Source: Psammoneis japonica
Taxonomy: Eukaryota
Assembly (NCBI GenBank): GCA_008632985.1
Contig: QPGO01000014.1
Span: 572,289 to 636,288 of the forward strand
Length of the DNA: 64,000 nt
Direction of reading: 5' to 3'
A program made the position numbers and the translations under genes. Of this stretch, positions 37,801 through 49,294 are shown piece by piece. The stretch's first letter is position 1. Every line of letters starts with the position of its first letter. The notes under the pieces are model-generated. The model was not told the origin of the DNA, did not search any database, and saw only the letters and a list, made by a program, of their open reading frames with translations.

Positions 37801-40800
37801 CAGCAATGCAAGCAACAGTGTTGGCCTGATGGTCCAGGATGTTGACTGTCCAACAGAAGTTGCAAATTTTGTTTGCAAGCACAATGCCATTGCCAAGGCG
37901 GAAGTCCGCAATGGTCAGTTCTCTGTTGATGGATGTGTGAGCCTTTCCAGCTCACGTGTTGATTTGTTGTTTGCGTTCTTCAGCAATGCAATGAACAAGG
38001 TCTCAGCTTTTTGCAGTTGAAGCCTCTGCAGTTGTTCAATGAGGTTGTCAAGTGTTTCAGATCTTTGACTGGACATGCGCAAGAAGTTCAAGTTCTGCAT
38101 GCAGAATTGCACACAGAAACACACGGAGCTCAATTCTTGGTCGGAGAGAAAGAGATGAGTGCAGGAGTCATCAAGTGTGATGCTTGGGCTCCTGACCTGT
38201 GATGACTCTCAATTGAAAGCAGAATTGGAGATAACTGTTGGTTGAATTGGGTGGCACATTGCCAACAGCAGGGCTGGCAATGCACAAGAAGTGGATCAAG
38301 CTGCTGGAGTGTCATCACACTGGATGTGCAGGAATTGTGACAAGTCTGGAGACAAGCAAGGTGACAAACCACATGTGCAAGTGCAAAAGCATGCAAATTG
38401 CACATGAGTTTGCACTGTGCTGACATGTGGTGCAGGTCTAAAAAAAAAGTGACAACACATGGCATCTGCTCATTTTTGACAACATCACTCCAACATGAGC
38501 AACCAAGGTGCAGCTGGAGTCACACGTGCTTTCATTTGTTTGACTGTGACTTTTCCTCAGCTGGGCCCCAAGTGACTTCATTGTGGGGAGCATTTTGTGA
38601 GTGTTTGCAAACACACATCATGGCTTTGCCACACTCAAATTCATGTCACCCTCATGAATTATTGAAAAAAACAGGGCTGCTTTTTTTGTGGCAGCTGCCC
38701 CAAGATGTCTGTGGCCCTGTGGCAGATGTGCTGAGAATGACAATCTTGTTGACCTTGGCATTGATGTGGGCAGCATTGGTGCATGCAAAAAACATCTTGT
38801 GCCAAATTGACAACTGTGTCAATGCAAGATGCCACTCCAGAACCCTGCAGAGGCCATTGCTGAGGAGCTCAAAACGCAAGTTGTGATGCGGCCATTGATT
38901 GGATCAAGACATTTTTCACATCATGAGGCCAAACAAACCATCAGACAGCATGTCTCAAACCACACTGAAAGTGGATGCACTGCCCAAAGAAGAGCTTCTG
39001 GAATGAAATGTCAACACAGGTTTCATGCCTTGCATGTGCCGCAAAATGTGCCGGGATCACACACAGTGCTGCCACTCATGCGCCACACCAGCAGCAAAGC
39101 ACCAAGGAACCATGTTGAGTTTTCCTTCAATGCCAAACACAAAGCACACTTCCAAGCATTGGGCCAGTTGTCCCAAGGCTGCAAGGTGTGGGGAAGCCCT
39201 GATGTTTGACTCAACAAGCCCGAATGATTGATTTGTGATTCAAGCCTGAATGATTGATTTGTTGTTCAAGAGCAAAATTGAGTGTAAACCAACTGGTGCT
39301 GGTCATTGTGTTGCATTGTGTTGCACTGTGTGTCATGCTGCATTGAATTGTGCTTCACCACATTGACATGTGTTTCAACTCCACGGTCATTTTGCTCTGC
39401 CTGTCACACCCTGAGCACACCAATTCCCATGACATTGACAAACAACATCTTTTGCAGACTTCTTGATGCTCTGAAAGATGAGTTGGTGGTGGTGGTGGTG
39501 GGGGTTCTTATCTTCATTGGACGCAACACTGCACGCAACAATGTGGCTCTCTTGATTCAAACTGACAACATTGACTGGCATTAAACCAGCGTTTCTTGAG
39601 CACAAGGCAGGTGCCATTTGTGTTGACAGTTAAAAAGAAATCCTGCCCCCAACACAAGTTGACAACATCCACTCAGCAGCAGATTCTCTGCCAAAAAATC
39701 ATGGCAAAATTGTTCTGTGTTTGCTGTTGCAAAAATGTGCTCCTCACCACAAAGGTGAGTTGTGTGCTCATCAAATGTGTCAAAATTCATTGAGTCATGC
39801 TTGCATCCCACAAGGGTGTCCACAATGCCTTCCCAGCCCTCTTCCTTTCCTCCATTGGCACAGTGCAATGTCACCACCACTTGCTTTGTTTTGAAAGCAT
39901 CCTCTTGGCTTTCCTCTGTGTGCCCCAGTTGTGATTCAAATTCTTTTCAAGGCCCTTTTGAAGCAACTAACTTGGGCACGACTCAGCATGAAATGGTGAG
40001 CCAAAGATTTGCAAGGCTTGTTTTGCCAGTTGGCTCTCATGGAAAGACATGTTGTGGTGGTCAGCATGATGCATTGCTCTTTTAAAATTTGGCTGTTGTT
40101 TGGAGGCTTTTGAACAATCTCTGCATGGCACTTGCACTTGCTCTGATGACAATGAAGTGTGCACATCACCACTCATTGTTTCCCACCCTTCATTGTCATC
40201 AGTGAAAACACTGATTCCCACATTGTGGTTGATCCAATGATCAAGCTCAAAGGTGTTTTAGTTTCTCTTGGCACTCAAACACTGGAACAGGAACCTTGTT
40301 GCCACTCATGTTTGTTGCAGTCAATGGCAAAGCAAAAACCACAACACAGCAAATGAATGGGGAGCAGGAGAGATGGCACAAGAGCATTGGTGCAGTGTGC
40401 TGCAGTTGAAGCAAACCTTTGGATTTTTTGCACAATGCCAGACACAACAAGAACAGCTGATAATTGGCCACTCTGCAGTTTCTGGCCTGACTGCTGGGGG
40501 GAGGATTCAAGGAGTCCCACAAATGAGAAGGAGCCCATGCTGAATCTTTGGCTCTGGACAAAGTCAATCTGCCAGGGGCGGTTTTCCCAAATGAGTGTTG
40601 CACATGCTGACACATCAATGTGTGGGGTCACATGCACATGAGTTTGCCAATCACACTGAGTGGCAAGCACATCTGTCACCAACAGCTGGGCAAACTTGCC
40701 ATTTGCACTGCAAAGCCTGTCGATTGCTGAGTCGCAAGAATCGTCACTCTCTTTGTCCATTTTTCAGCTGCCCCAGTTGCACTTGCTCACTTTTTCAGAG

Positions 40801-41375
40801 ATGCCATGCACAACCAACTTGCTTGGAAGCCTGGAGCAGCCATCCCATTTCTTGCAGATTGACTGACTTTTGTTGTGTCAAATGACAAGCAGCACGCTGC
40901 TTTTTGATGACACAGTTGTCAAAAAATGACAACTTGTGGAACAACGTTCTTGCTGGCAGTGTTTGTCAGCTGCAACACATGTGAGCATCTGTTTGCATCA
41001 ACAGCTACTAGAACAATGTCATTCATTGACAGTTGTCAGGTGCAACAGCATGATGTCACTTAAACCCAGTGCACACGCCAAGCAAAAGTGCAAAAATGAA
41101 CTGTGTGACATCATTTGCACATTGCTCACAGCAGAGATGACGGACAGACAAGTGCGCACCGGCAGGGCGCGGGACGGATGATGTCGGATGGCTGGAGCGG
41201 CACGCACTGCCTGCACGAGTACCATACAGTACGGCATGTACTGTAGGGCCCTACTGATCGTAGTACGACGCGAAACACACATGCTGTACCGTAAAATTGA
41301 GCAGCAGAGCATCACACATCATACACCAGCAGTGAACGAGAGGTCCTTCCTGCTTCTGCTCTTGTCTCAACCGCC

Positions 41376-43899
41376 ATGTCTAGCAAAGATGATGATTCGA
41401 AACAAATCGGAGAGGAGAGTCAGGTGTGTAATGAAGAGAGACAAGAAGCAATTCAGTGCTTTGAATGGTTGGTTTGCCATTGCGCGACCCCCGAATTCCG
41501 CCCTCGGGAGATCTCTCGTAGGGCATCGTACGTTTGCTACGGGAGGTTGAAGGTTTCGCGCGTTTTTCCACTCTTTTTTTTTGTCGACTTACCCGATTTT
41601 TTGTTGTTGCTTTTCTCTTTCTAGATTTCTCGACAAGACGTGGGCGAAAGCCTTGCCGATGAGGAGGAGGAGGACGCCAAACCACCCGCCGAGGCTATAT
41701 CTTCATTTTACTCCAATGAAAATATGTTGAAGGCATTGGTGAGGGTGTTTGCTGTGTTGTTTGCCTCCTGTCATTGTATGATTCTCATCTTGATGTCGAT
41801 TTGTGACGCGACTAGAAACATTTAAGTGGTGCGCTGGAACCAACCCCGGAGAACGAAACAGGAGCATGGAAAGATGTGGAAGTAAAAGGCTTTTCTTTTG
41901 TTGATAATGCTGCCATTGCAGGCATCATCAACGGCGTTGATTCGACGCAAGAGAGCTCCTTGGAGGAAATGCTGTTGATTGCGTCGTGTTTACGTCAATG
42001 TTGTGCCAAGGGAAATAACAATAAGATCGTCAAGAAAATCTTTATCAGCAAGGATAAAGATAAGCCCATTCCTGCCAAGGTCATGGGTGACGAGTGGCGC
42101 AAATTTGCTCTCCGACGCATTGAGGAGCGAAGCATGTCAAACCAAGGGCGAGACTACGGGGCAACAGACCATCTGTTGGTGAACAACCTTATTCTTTTTA
42201 TACAAGAGTGTAATATGATCAACACTTCGAAACAACTTGTGGTGTTGAAAGACAAACGTGGCTTGGACTGGAAAGAAATCGTGGATGATGTAAGTTGGAA
42301 GTAATTCTCTGCATTGTTTCTTGTGTCGTTTGCTGCCTGTTTCGCCTGTCGTTCGCTCTGACGCTTGCGCTTTCCGAATTCCATTCCTCTGCACCCAAGA
42401 CCATGAAAAGAGCTCGAGCCCTTAAGAACAATCAGATGATTGTATCGTGTACAAAGGCGCAAAACCGTCTTAGACAGATCATGTCGCCCTCAGACACGGA
42501 CAAAACAACTTCTGAGAAAGACAAAGTCGCGTCGAGTGCAACCAAGACGGCGCCTACAAAGGCTTTGGGTTCCGAATCATCTGGGGAAGCCCCCAGCGAG
42601 AAAGGCAACAAGGAGAAACAAAAAAAGAATCAGTCGAAGAAGCGCCGCGAAGGAATGCTAGCCCAGATGATGAAAAAAGCTCTCCCTGCGGCATCTGCTG
42701 CAAAGAAAGGGACGAAATCCGCCGCCGGCACACCGAACGCCGCATCCTCACATCCTGCTACAAACCAACAATTGCAAGATGGCACTTCTGGTAACGGTTG
42801 GTGCGGTTTATTTCCTCCACCTAAACCAGAAATAAGAGGTTGGTCACAAACACCGGGTGTGGCAACAGGGTCGGGGTGGGATCGCAAGAAGTTGGCAATG
42901 CAAAAAGTTGCCGATGTGACGAATGGTGTCGTCGGGAGAGACACGAGTGCCGAGGGAGCTGCTGCTTCCATTGCTCAGTCTCTACGCGACAACCAATCGA
43001 ATCTCGGTGGACAACCAAATGGATCTTACCCATCCGACAAATGGAACGCGGACCCACTGCCAACGTCGTCCGTTGACGAAGCACCGGCTGGTCGTACTGT
43101 ATTGCCACCTGCCACAGACGAAAACATCTTTTTTTATAACAGGGCGCATTCAGAACCGTCTCATGGCGCCCCATCTGACAGAGGTGATCCCAGAGACAGG
43201 CGCGGAAATCAAGAAAGGGACAGACACCCGCGTAGTTCCAGATCAGGTCGCGAGGAACCTCCCAGCAAAAGAGCTCGCCACGAATTTGACAGACGTGACT
43301 CTGGATCGCTTCGTCAAGAGAATTACAGCAGTGCTGCGTCTGGGAATCCGCCTTCTGGAGCGGCACATTGCAGCGGAGCTGCGCCCCATGAACAAGGCCG
43401 CGGGCGGAGGAGTCCGGCCATGAATGATCCAACATCCTTCACAGTTGGTCAGCCGTCCCCTGGCACCAACAACTGGAACCAAGGACAAAGCAAACAGCAA
43501 TGGAATGATCCACCGCCCAGCAGTCACGCTCCACCAGCAGTCATCCCACATGCAAATGCAAGTGGTGCTGGTCTAGGAAGGGGACGCGGCAGAAATCTCC
43601 CAGCTTGGATGACTCAAGGTGCTGCACAACAGCATGGCAGCTTGGGAAGTGCACCGGTGGACAATAGAACCGATTCCACCTGTGCTCCCACCACCGGTCT
43701 GCCAGCCCCAGCGCCTGCCGCCAACAACAACTGGAACCAAGGATCGAACCAGCAACAACAGGACTACCCTCGGTCTAGGAGTCAAGCACCATGGGGAGGC
43801 GTTCCCAGCAGCGGCAGTGCTGGTCGAGGAAGAGGTCGTGGCAGAGGTGTTAATCTCCCAGCTTGGATGACTCAAGGTGACAATCCTGCACCGTCGTAG
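41376..43899 (+). CDS. Uncharacterised protein, copy B. Lacks about 345 codons of exon 2; has an RGG-type C-terminal tail
   Basis: Exons 41376-41423, 41625-41738, 41816-42289 and 42400-43899 join in frame. High identity to copy A. GRGRGR(GV)NLPAWMTQG occurs twice. Confidence 0.75.
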
Positions 43900-44259
43900 A
43901 CGAACTGTGTTTTTGCATCTAACATGAAAGTGGCATGTGAGAATGCCTGGCAAGCAAGTTAATGATTTTCATGCATTGTTTCAAATTAGCTTTCCTCTTG
44001 TCTTGCTGCTCTAGATGCTTTTTTCTAGCTAGTTGATAGCGCACATTTGGGTTCGAGATGTAACCACGCAAAAGTAGCCACAACCTCACCCTGCAAGAAA
44101 AGCCGTCAATGGGTTTTCCATGCACTTTCTGAGGAAACATTCACGAAATACAAGGCAAATCCGGCGGCCGTCTGATCGGCCAAGAGGAAGGTTTGGCATG
44201 TTGAGGCACGCTATCTGCTGATTGACTGGTGTTGGGTGTGGAAGACACATTCCGTCTGA

Positions 44260-44860
44260 AATTTCCACCATTAGCATTTTTCTTTTCAAGAGTCCTAACA
44301 TGAGCATAATGTTTTATTTATGTGGGTGGGCCGGGGTTCTCAATTTCCACCATTAGCATTTTTCTTTTCAAGAGTCCTAACATGAGCATAATGTTTTATT
44401 TATGTGGGTGGGCCGGGGTTCTCAATTTCCTCTTGGCCTGCTGCAACCCAATATTTGTGCACGATATTTCTTTCAAAAGCTCAACATGTTGCTTGTGTTT
44501 ACTTCTTTGGGCGAACCAGGGATCTCGGCCCATTCAATTTCTTATCGGCCTACAACGCACGTTTTTGCATGAATTGCGTTTCAAAAGTGCAACTTTTTCA
44601 TGTTCTTCAAAGTGGGCGGGATGTTATTGTGTCAAAATTCCTAAACATGAGCGTATTATTTATGTGGGTGGGCTGGGATTCTCGGCCTGGCCTGCTACAA
44701 CCCAAGTTTGTGCTCGTTATTTGTTTCAAAAGTCCTAACATGAGCATATATAACTGAAAGTTGGCGGGATGTTATTTGCTTCAAATTTATGTGTGCGGCG
44801 CTGGCCGGGATTCTTGGCCCGTTCAATTTTACTCGACCTGCTACGACCCAAACTTATTCA
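44260..44860 (+). repeat. AT-rich tandem/dispersed repeat family, with a perfect 82-bp doublet at 44260-44428
   Basis: aatttccaccattagcatttttcttttcaagagtcctaacatgagc...gggccggggttctc is repeated, and related units follow. Confidence 0.8.
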
Positions 44861-44989
44861 CGTTCTACACAAAATAATGGTCGCAATTCGACCTCTCCCA
44901 GGACGAAATTAAATGCTACGTTTCCTTCAACCAAGTGTATTCTTAATTAGTGTCTCCTGAACTTACCTTTGAATAGAAACTGCAAGTCT

Positions 44990-45195
44990 CGAGCTTCAAT
45001 CGATAAGATTATCGCCCTAGAATTTTGAATTGGCTACTTTATGTTGAAAAATGTTTCGAAAGGTGCAGTTTCTGAGGCTTGATAGGCAGGTTTCGAGCTT
45101 CAATCGATAAGATTATCGCCCTAAAATTTTGAATTGGCTACTTTATGTTGAAAAATGTCTCGAAAGGTGCAGTTTCTGAGGCTTGATAGGCAGGT
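44990..45195 (+). repeat. Approximately 103-bp direct tandem duplication
   Basis: cgagcttcaatcgataagattatcgcccta...gaggcttgataggcaggt occurs twice. Confidence 0.9.
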
Positions 45196-45984
45196 AAGAC
45201 AGTAGATGATGAATTGTCCAGGTACTTGAAATTTTTAGCATTTTCATCTTGGAAGTGCTGTTCATGCGCTTACAAGACGATAATGGAGAAGCGATAAATG
45301 AGCGATCGCCGAAACGGAATTTCCGTTGCACAAAACACGTATAAATATGCGCAAGCCGACCATGTGGTTCGCTAAACAATCAGGAATTCATCATCATTTC
45401 CCATGATTTTCACTGAAAATGTGCGCAGAAATTTTTTTCACCATTTCTACCTCGTACCACCTTTACGGATGGATCGACCAGATGAGTTATTTTTTTATTA
45501 GCTCGTGATTTTGCAATTTTCTCGTGCTTCGACCATGTTATTTTGCGATGCCTCTGAGCACCCCGCCCCAAAAACTAATGAGTGTGTTGATCCCCCATCA
45601 GGACTGCTAGACCTTTATGTGAACTACACTTGCCAACCTTCAAACGCCAATTATCGTATTTGGTACAGTTGTCAGGTTCGATAAATCTCTAGTTTTTGCC
45701 AAAATCACACTGCTTATGGTAGATACGCCGTAACTTTCCAGGAAAGGCCGATAATTGGCGTTTGGCTGGCCATAGACATATCTACAGTCGTTAAGCTACA
45801 GATCATGCATGGCCATGACCATCGTCTATGCATTCTATGGTGTCTTTTAAACAGAAAGTTGCGCCTATCGCTGAAAAAAAAATATTTTGGCGAACGCGCG
45901 CATTTTGTACGAGGCATCCGATTATTTTCCAAAAAAAAAAGAGCTCGCGCGAAAACAGACCTCAACTGGTCGATCCAGCCGTAA

Positions 45985-46420
45985 GTGGGCGGGATGTTAT
46001 TTATTTCAAATTGACGTGAACGGGATGTTACTTATTTCAAACTGATTTGGGCGGGTTCTCGGCCCGTTCAATCTCTTATCGGCCTAACCTTTTACAACCC
46101 TTTTTGTGCACGTACGTAGTTTGTTTCAAAAATCCTAAAATGAGCATTTGTTTCCAAGTAATGTAGGTGGGTCGGGATTTTCAAATTTATGTGGGCGGGC
46201 CGGCGTTCTCGGCCCGTTCAATCTTTAACCGACCTGGCCTGCTACCCTTTTTTGTGCATGCATTTGTTTCCAAGTAATGTAGGTGGGTCGGGATTCTCAA
46301 ATTTATGTGGGCGGGCCGGAGTTCTCAGCCCGTCCAATCTCTAACCGGCCTGGCCTGCTACGACCCTTTTTTGTGCACGCTTTTTCTTTCAAAAGTCTTA
46401 ACATGAGCATATTTATTGAA
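45985..46420 (+). repeat. Second cluster of the 44.3-44.9 kb repeat family
   Basis: Shares the words gggcgggatgtta, ttctcggcccgttcaat, cctgctac and aacatgagcat. Includes an approximately 116-bp doublet at 46144-46375. Confidence 0.75.
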
Positions 46421-48828
46421 GTTCACAGGAAGTTATTTTTTTCGAATTTATATGAGCGGGGCGGTGTTCAAAGCACCGTTAGCCCGTAAAAAATGTGCAG
46501 ATTTCGACTCGTCAACCGAAATTATGCGCATCATAACACGGACATTGGCGTTTCGAAAATGAAGCATGCTCTTAGGTTCGTATGTATGCATTGCTTGCGT
46601 AATCAGATTTGTCATAGATAGCCTTTCAAGAACACACAAAGCTTATCTGCCTCACGCATGGAGCACTGTGTCAAGTCAAGTCTGTCTTAAAAGTCGATTT
46701 TGGCAGAGAAAGCCAGATGTTGCGTGTTACGGTCTGGCTGATCTATTTCGTTTGACTCAAGCTTTTCTAGTTTTATACATTTAAATAGAATTGATATAAA
46801 TCATTCCTTTTGTTTTTCTCTAACTACAAATAAGGTGAAAAACAACTTCCTTGATTGTGCCACCACCGGCTCAATTTTGTCAACCACTTGTGGTTGACTT
46901 ATGCTTCATTATAGACAAAGCAAGACTGCGCATCTATCTTACTTATTAAAGCCAAGTATGATTCTACTTTTGCCGTAGCCTTTGCTCTACAAGGAGATGC
47001 CTTATGGTTTTGCATTTGTGACGACACGACGCAAGCACAATTTTTGCCTTACAAACGATCTGTTGTACTCGGCACATACCATATTTTATCTTATCTTTTA
47101 CGAGTAAGCTATTTATAGCATTCAAACAATATCAGGAGTATTAATTACGTTCTTTGGCGTAATGATTGATTGACAAAAATTGTCATAAAAGGGATTCGAA
47201 TGCACCATTGCATTCTTGCCGATTCTGGCAGGTCACGTTGCCTGTAAAACAAATTTCAAAATACTCGCAACAGAAAACACCACGAATGATCTATGTCAGT
47301 CTTGTTTGTGATTTCGGGACGTACCCTCAATGAGTTGGTGAAAGGAGCTACAGAAAGGTAGGGCTACGAGCAAATGCCATTTGGTGTTTCGTCACCAGGA
47401 GTCGTCGTGATGACAAATCTGTTTCAGTCTCCAAAAGTGCTAAGATGAGTGATTGGATGTTGTTATACAAACCCATTATTTTTTATGACGGCAGAAGAGA
47501 ATACGAACGGAAATAATAACATTCCAGAGAAAGCTGCATCTTGAGTAAAGTCAGCAGGTCGTCACCTTTTCGTATCTTAAAGTTATCATGTTGGTTCTTA
47601 TTTTGTTTTGTGTAATGTTTCATCCTGATAGATGACTGAGTGATTCTCTGTTGTTACTGAGGGTAACACATTTCTGTATCACTAGGTGTGTGACAGGGCA
47701 AATTAACATTAAAGAGTTTGGTCACAAAGAAATTTCCGGACTATTACACGGATTACTTACAAACTTGGAAACTAATTCAATTAATTTACAGCATTTGGTT
47801 TTGTACATCCAATTTGATACTCAGATTTGTCAAGCTAAAGAAAAAGCTTATCTTATCTCGAGTGGTGATCGCAAAGTTAGAAGTTAATTCAATGAATTTG
47901 CAACATTCGATTTACGTTTGTGGAGTCATTTGGTTTTCTGCATTCTATTTCAAGCTAAAGAAAAAGTTATCTTATCAATCCAGCAAAAGAACTCGACAGA
48001 CAACTAGTGATCATTATTTGCAAATGTTGTCATCAACCAGTTGATCGAAAATTGATGGCAAGTTGGACATTCTGAGCTGAGAAAAAAGCTAATCTTATCT
48101 TGAGTGGTGTTAAGCTGAAAACTCAGGCAAAGAAACTCAACAAAGAACACAACAAGGGATCGTTTGCAAATGTGGTCATCATTAACCAGTTTCATCTCCA
48201 GCTGAAAATTGTTAGCCAAAATTGGATGTTTTAGCTAGAGGCCTGCACTATGCTTCTGTCATAACGCAAGCTAGAGTGTGAAAGACCCCAAACCAATAGG
48301 GGCATTCTGTCACAGCCAAAATCATTGACAACGATTGAGTTGTTCGCTTGCTTGAAAATGCTCATCTTGGGAAGTTTCTGATGTAAACACTTTGCCATGT
48401 CGTTTTCCAAGTTGGATTACTTATCGTGAACGTCTGTAGAGCGTGAAACGAGGAAAGACAAGAAGAAACAAAAACATCAAGCACCGGCGGCATCCTAAAC
48501 CTGCTATGGTGGACCAAGCGCCAAAAACGATTCAAATTCCGTGCGTGGCTGCTCTTTGAGAATTTGCGCGCGCGAAACTCAATTATTCACATGCTTTTTT
48601 AAAGGGGGCTCATCCCCGCGTTTAAAAAATCATCGTTGCATTTGAAAAATTACCGTTGCATTTGAAAGTCTACGTTCCTTTCGCCTTTACTGTACAATGC
48701 TTGGCGTTTCGGTACCTTCGATTGGAATTTCGAGTGTTTGCAATGAAATTTTCAAGACGTGCTTTTTTGCGCATCGGAGCAATAAAGCAGTGAACTGACG
48801 AGTTGAGTTGATGCATTGGGTTGTCGCT

Positions 48829-48906
48829 CTTGATGGCAGTTTCCAGCGTAAAGGGAGGAACGGGAGGCTTGATCTCGGGCGTGACGGATGCGGCAGCAGC
48901 ACTCAT
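48829..48906 (-). pseudogene. N-terminal fragment of a DUF1348 (SnoaL/NTF2-like) protein
   Basis: MSAAAASVTPEIKPPVPPFTLETAIK matches the family's PP.PPFT.ETA..K start. Similarity then stops abruptly. Confidence 0.5.
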
Positions 48907-49294
48907 TCTTTCGTAGTGATATTTTATAATGAAATGAATTTATGAGCGGTTTGGGATATTTCGTAACTGATCCAAGAGAACTCCAACGAAATCTATTGAC
49001 GAAGATCAGCATCATGAATGAAAGATACCTGTGCGGGCGATCTCGCAATAAGACACTGATTCGGAAAGATTTCGCGCCTGCGACATTGAGTCGTGATTGA
49101 GCAAAATGATGATTGGGTAGTGGATACGTAGAATGTGTACTAAAAACAACGTGACCACGTCATCCACGAGTCGAAAATCGGAAGGAGGTGAATGAAAGTC
49201 CAAGCCAACCATTTTTTGTCGGCGGCAGCGATACTGAAAAGAAGCTGTCGGCGCATAATCGTTGTTTCTTTCAAGACGTTCGCTGACTGCAACA

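Larger units (their letters stand above)
14620..41218. mobile_element. 26.6-kb island of nested, decayed transposons, depleted of TpA and CpG
   Basis: Very few TA or CG dinucleotides, excess TG/CA, and Tyr-free, Cys/His-rich overlapping ORFs. Contains recognisable Plavaka-type and Copia gag remnants. Confidence 0.85.

Noticed and set aside
14885..41181. Hundreds of Cys/His-rich ORFs read as metal-binding proteins or as an alternative genetic code
   Set aside because: They overlap in all six frames and are explained by the loss of TA-containing codons. Neighbouring genes use the standard code, with normal Tyr and TAA/TAG.
14620..41218. Classical fungal RIP
   Set aside because: RIP depletes CpA/TpG and enriches TpA, and the pattern here is the opposite.
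14620..41218. Horizontally acquired or viral DNA with an intrinsically odd composition
   Set aside because: Unrelated TE families, a border satellite and a host gene copy all share the signature, which points to mutation in place. I saw no viral hallmark genes.
46880..48230. Possible degraded gene in AT-rich DNA
   Set aside because: Only short interrupted frames, with no motif I could recognise.
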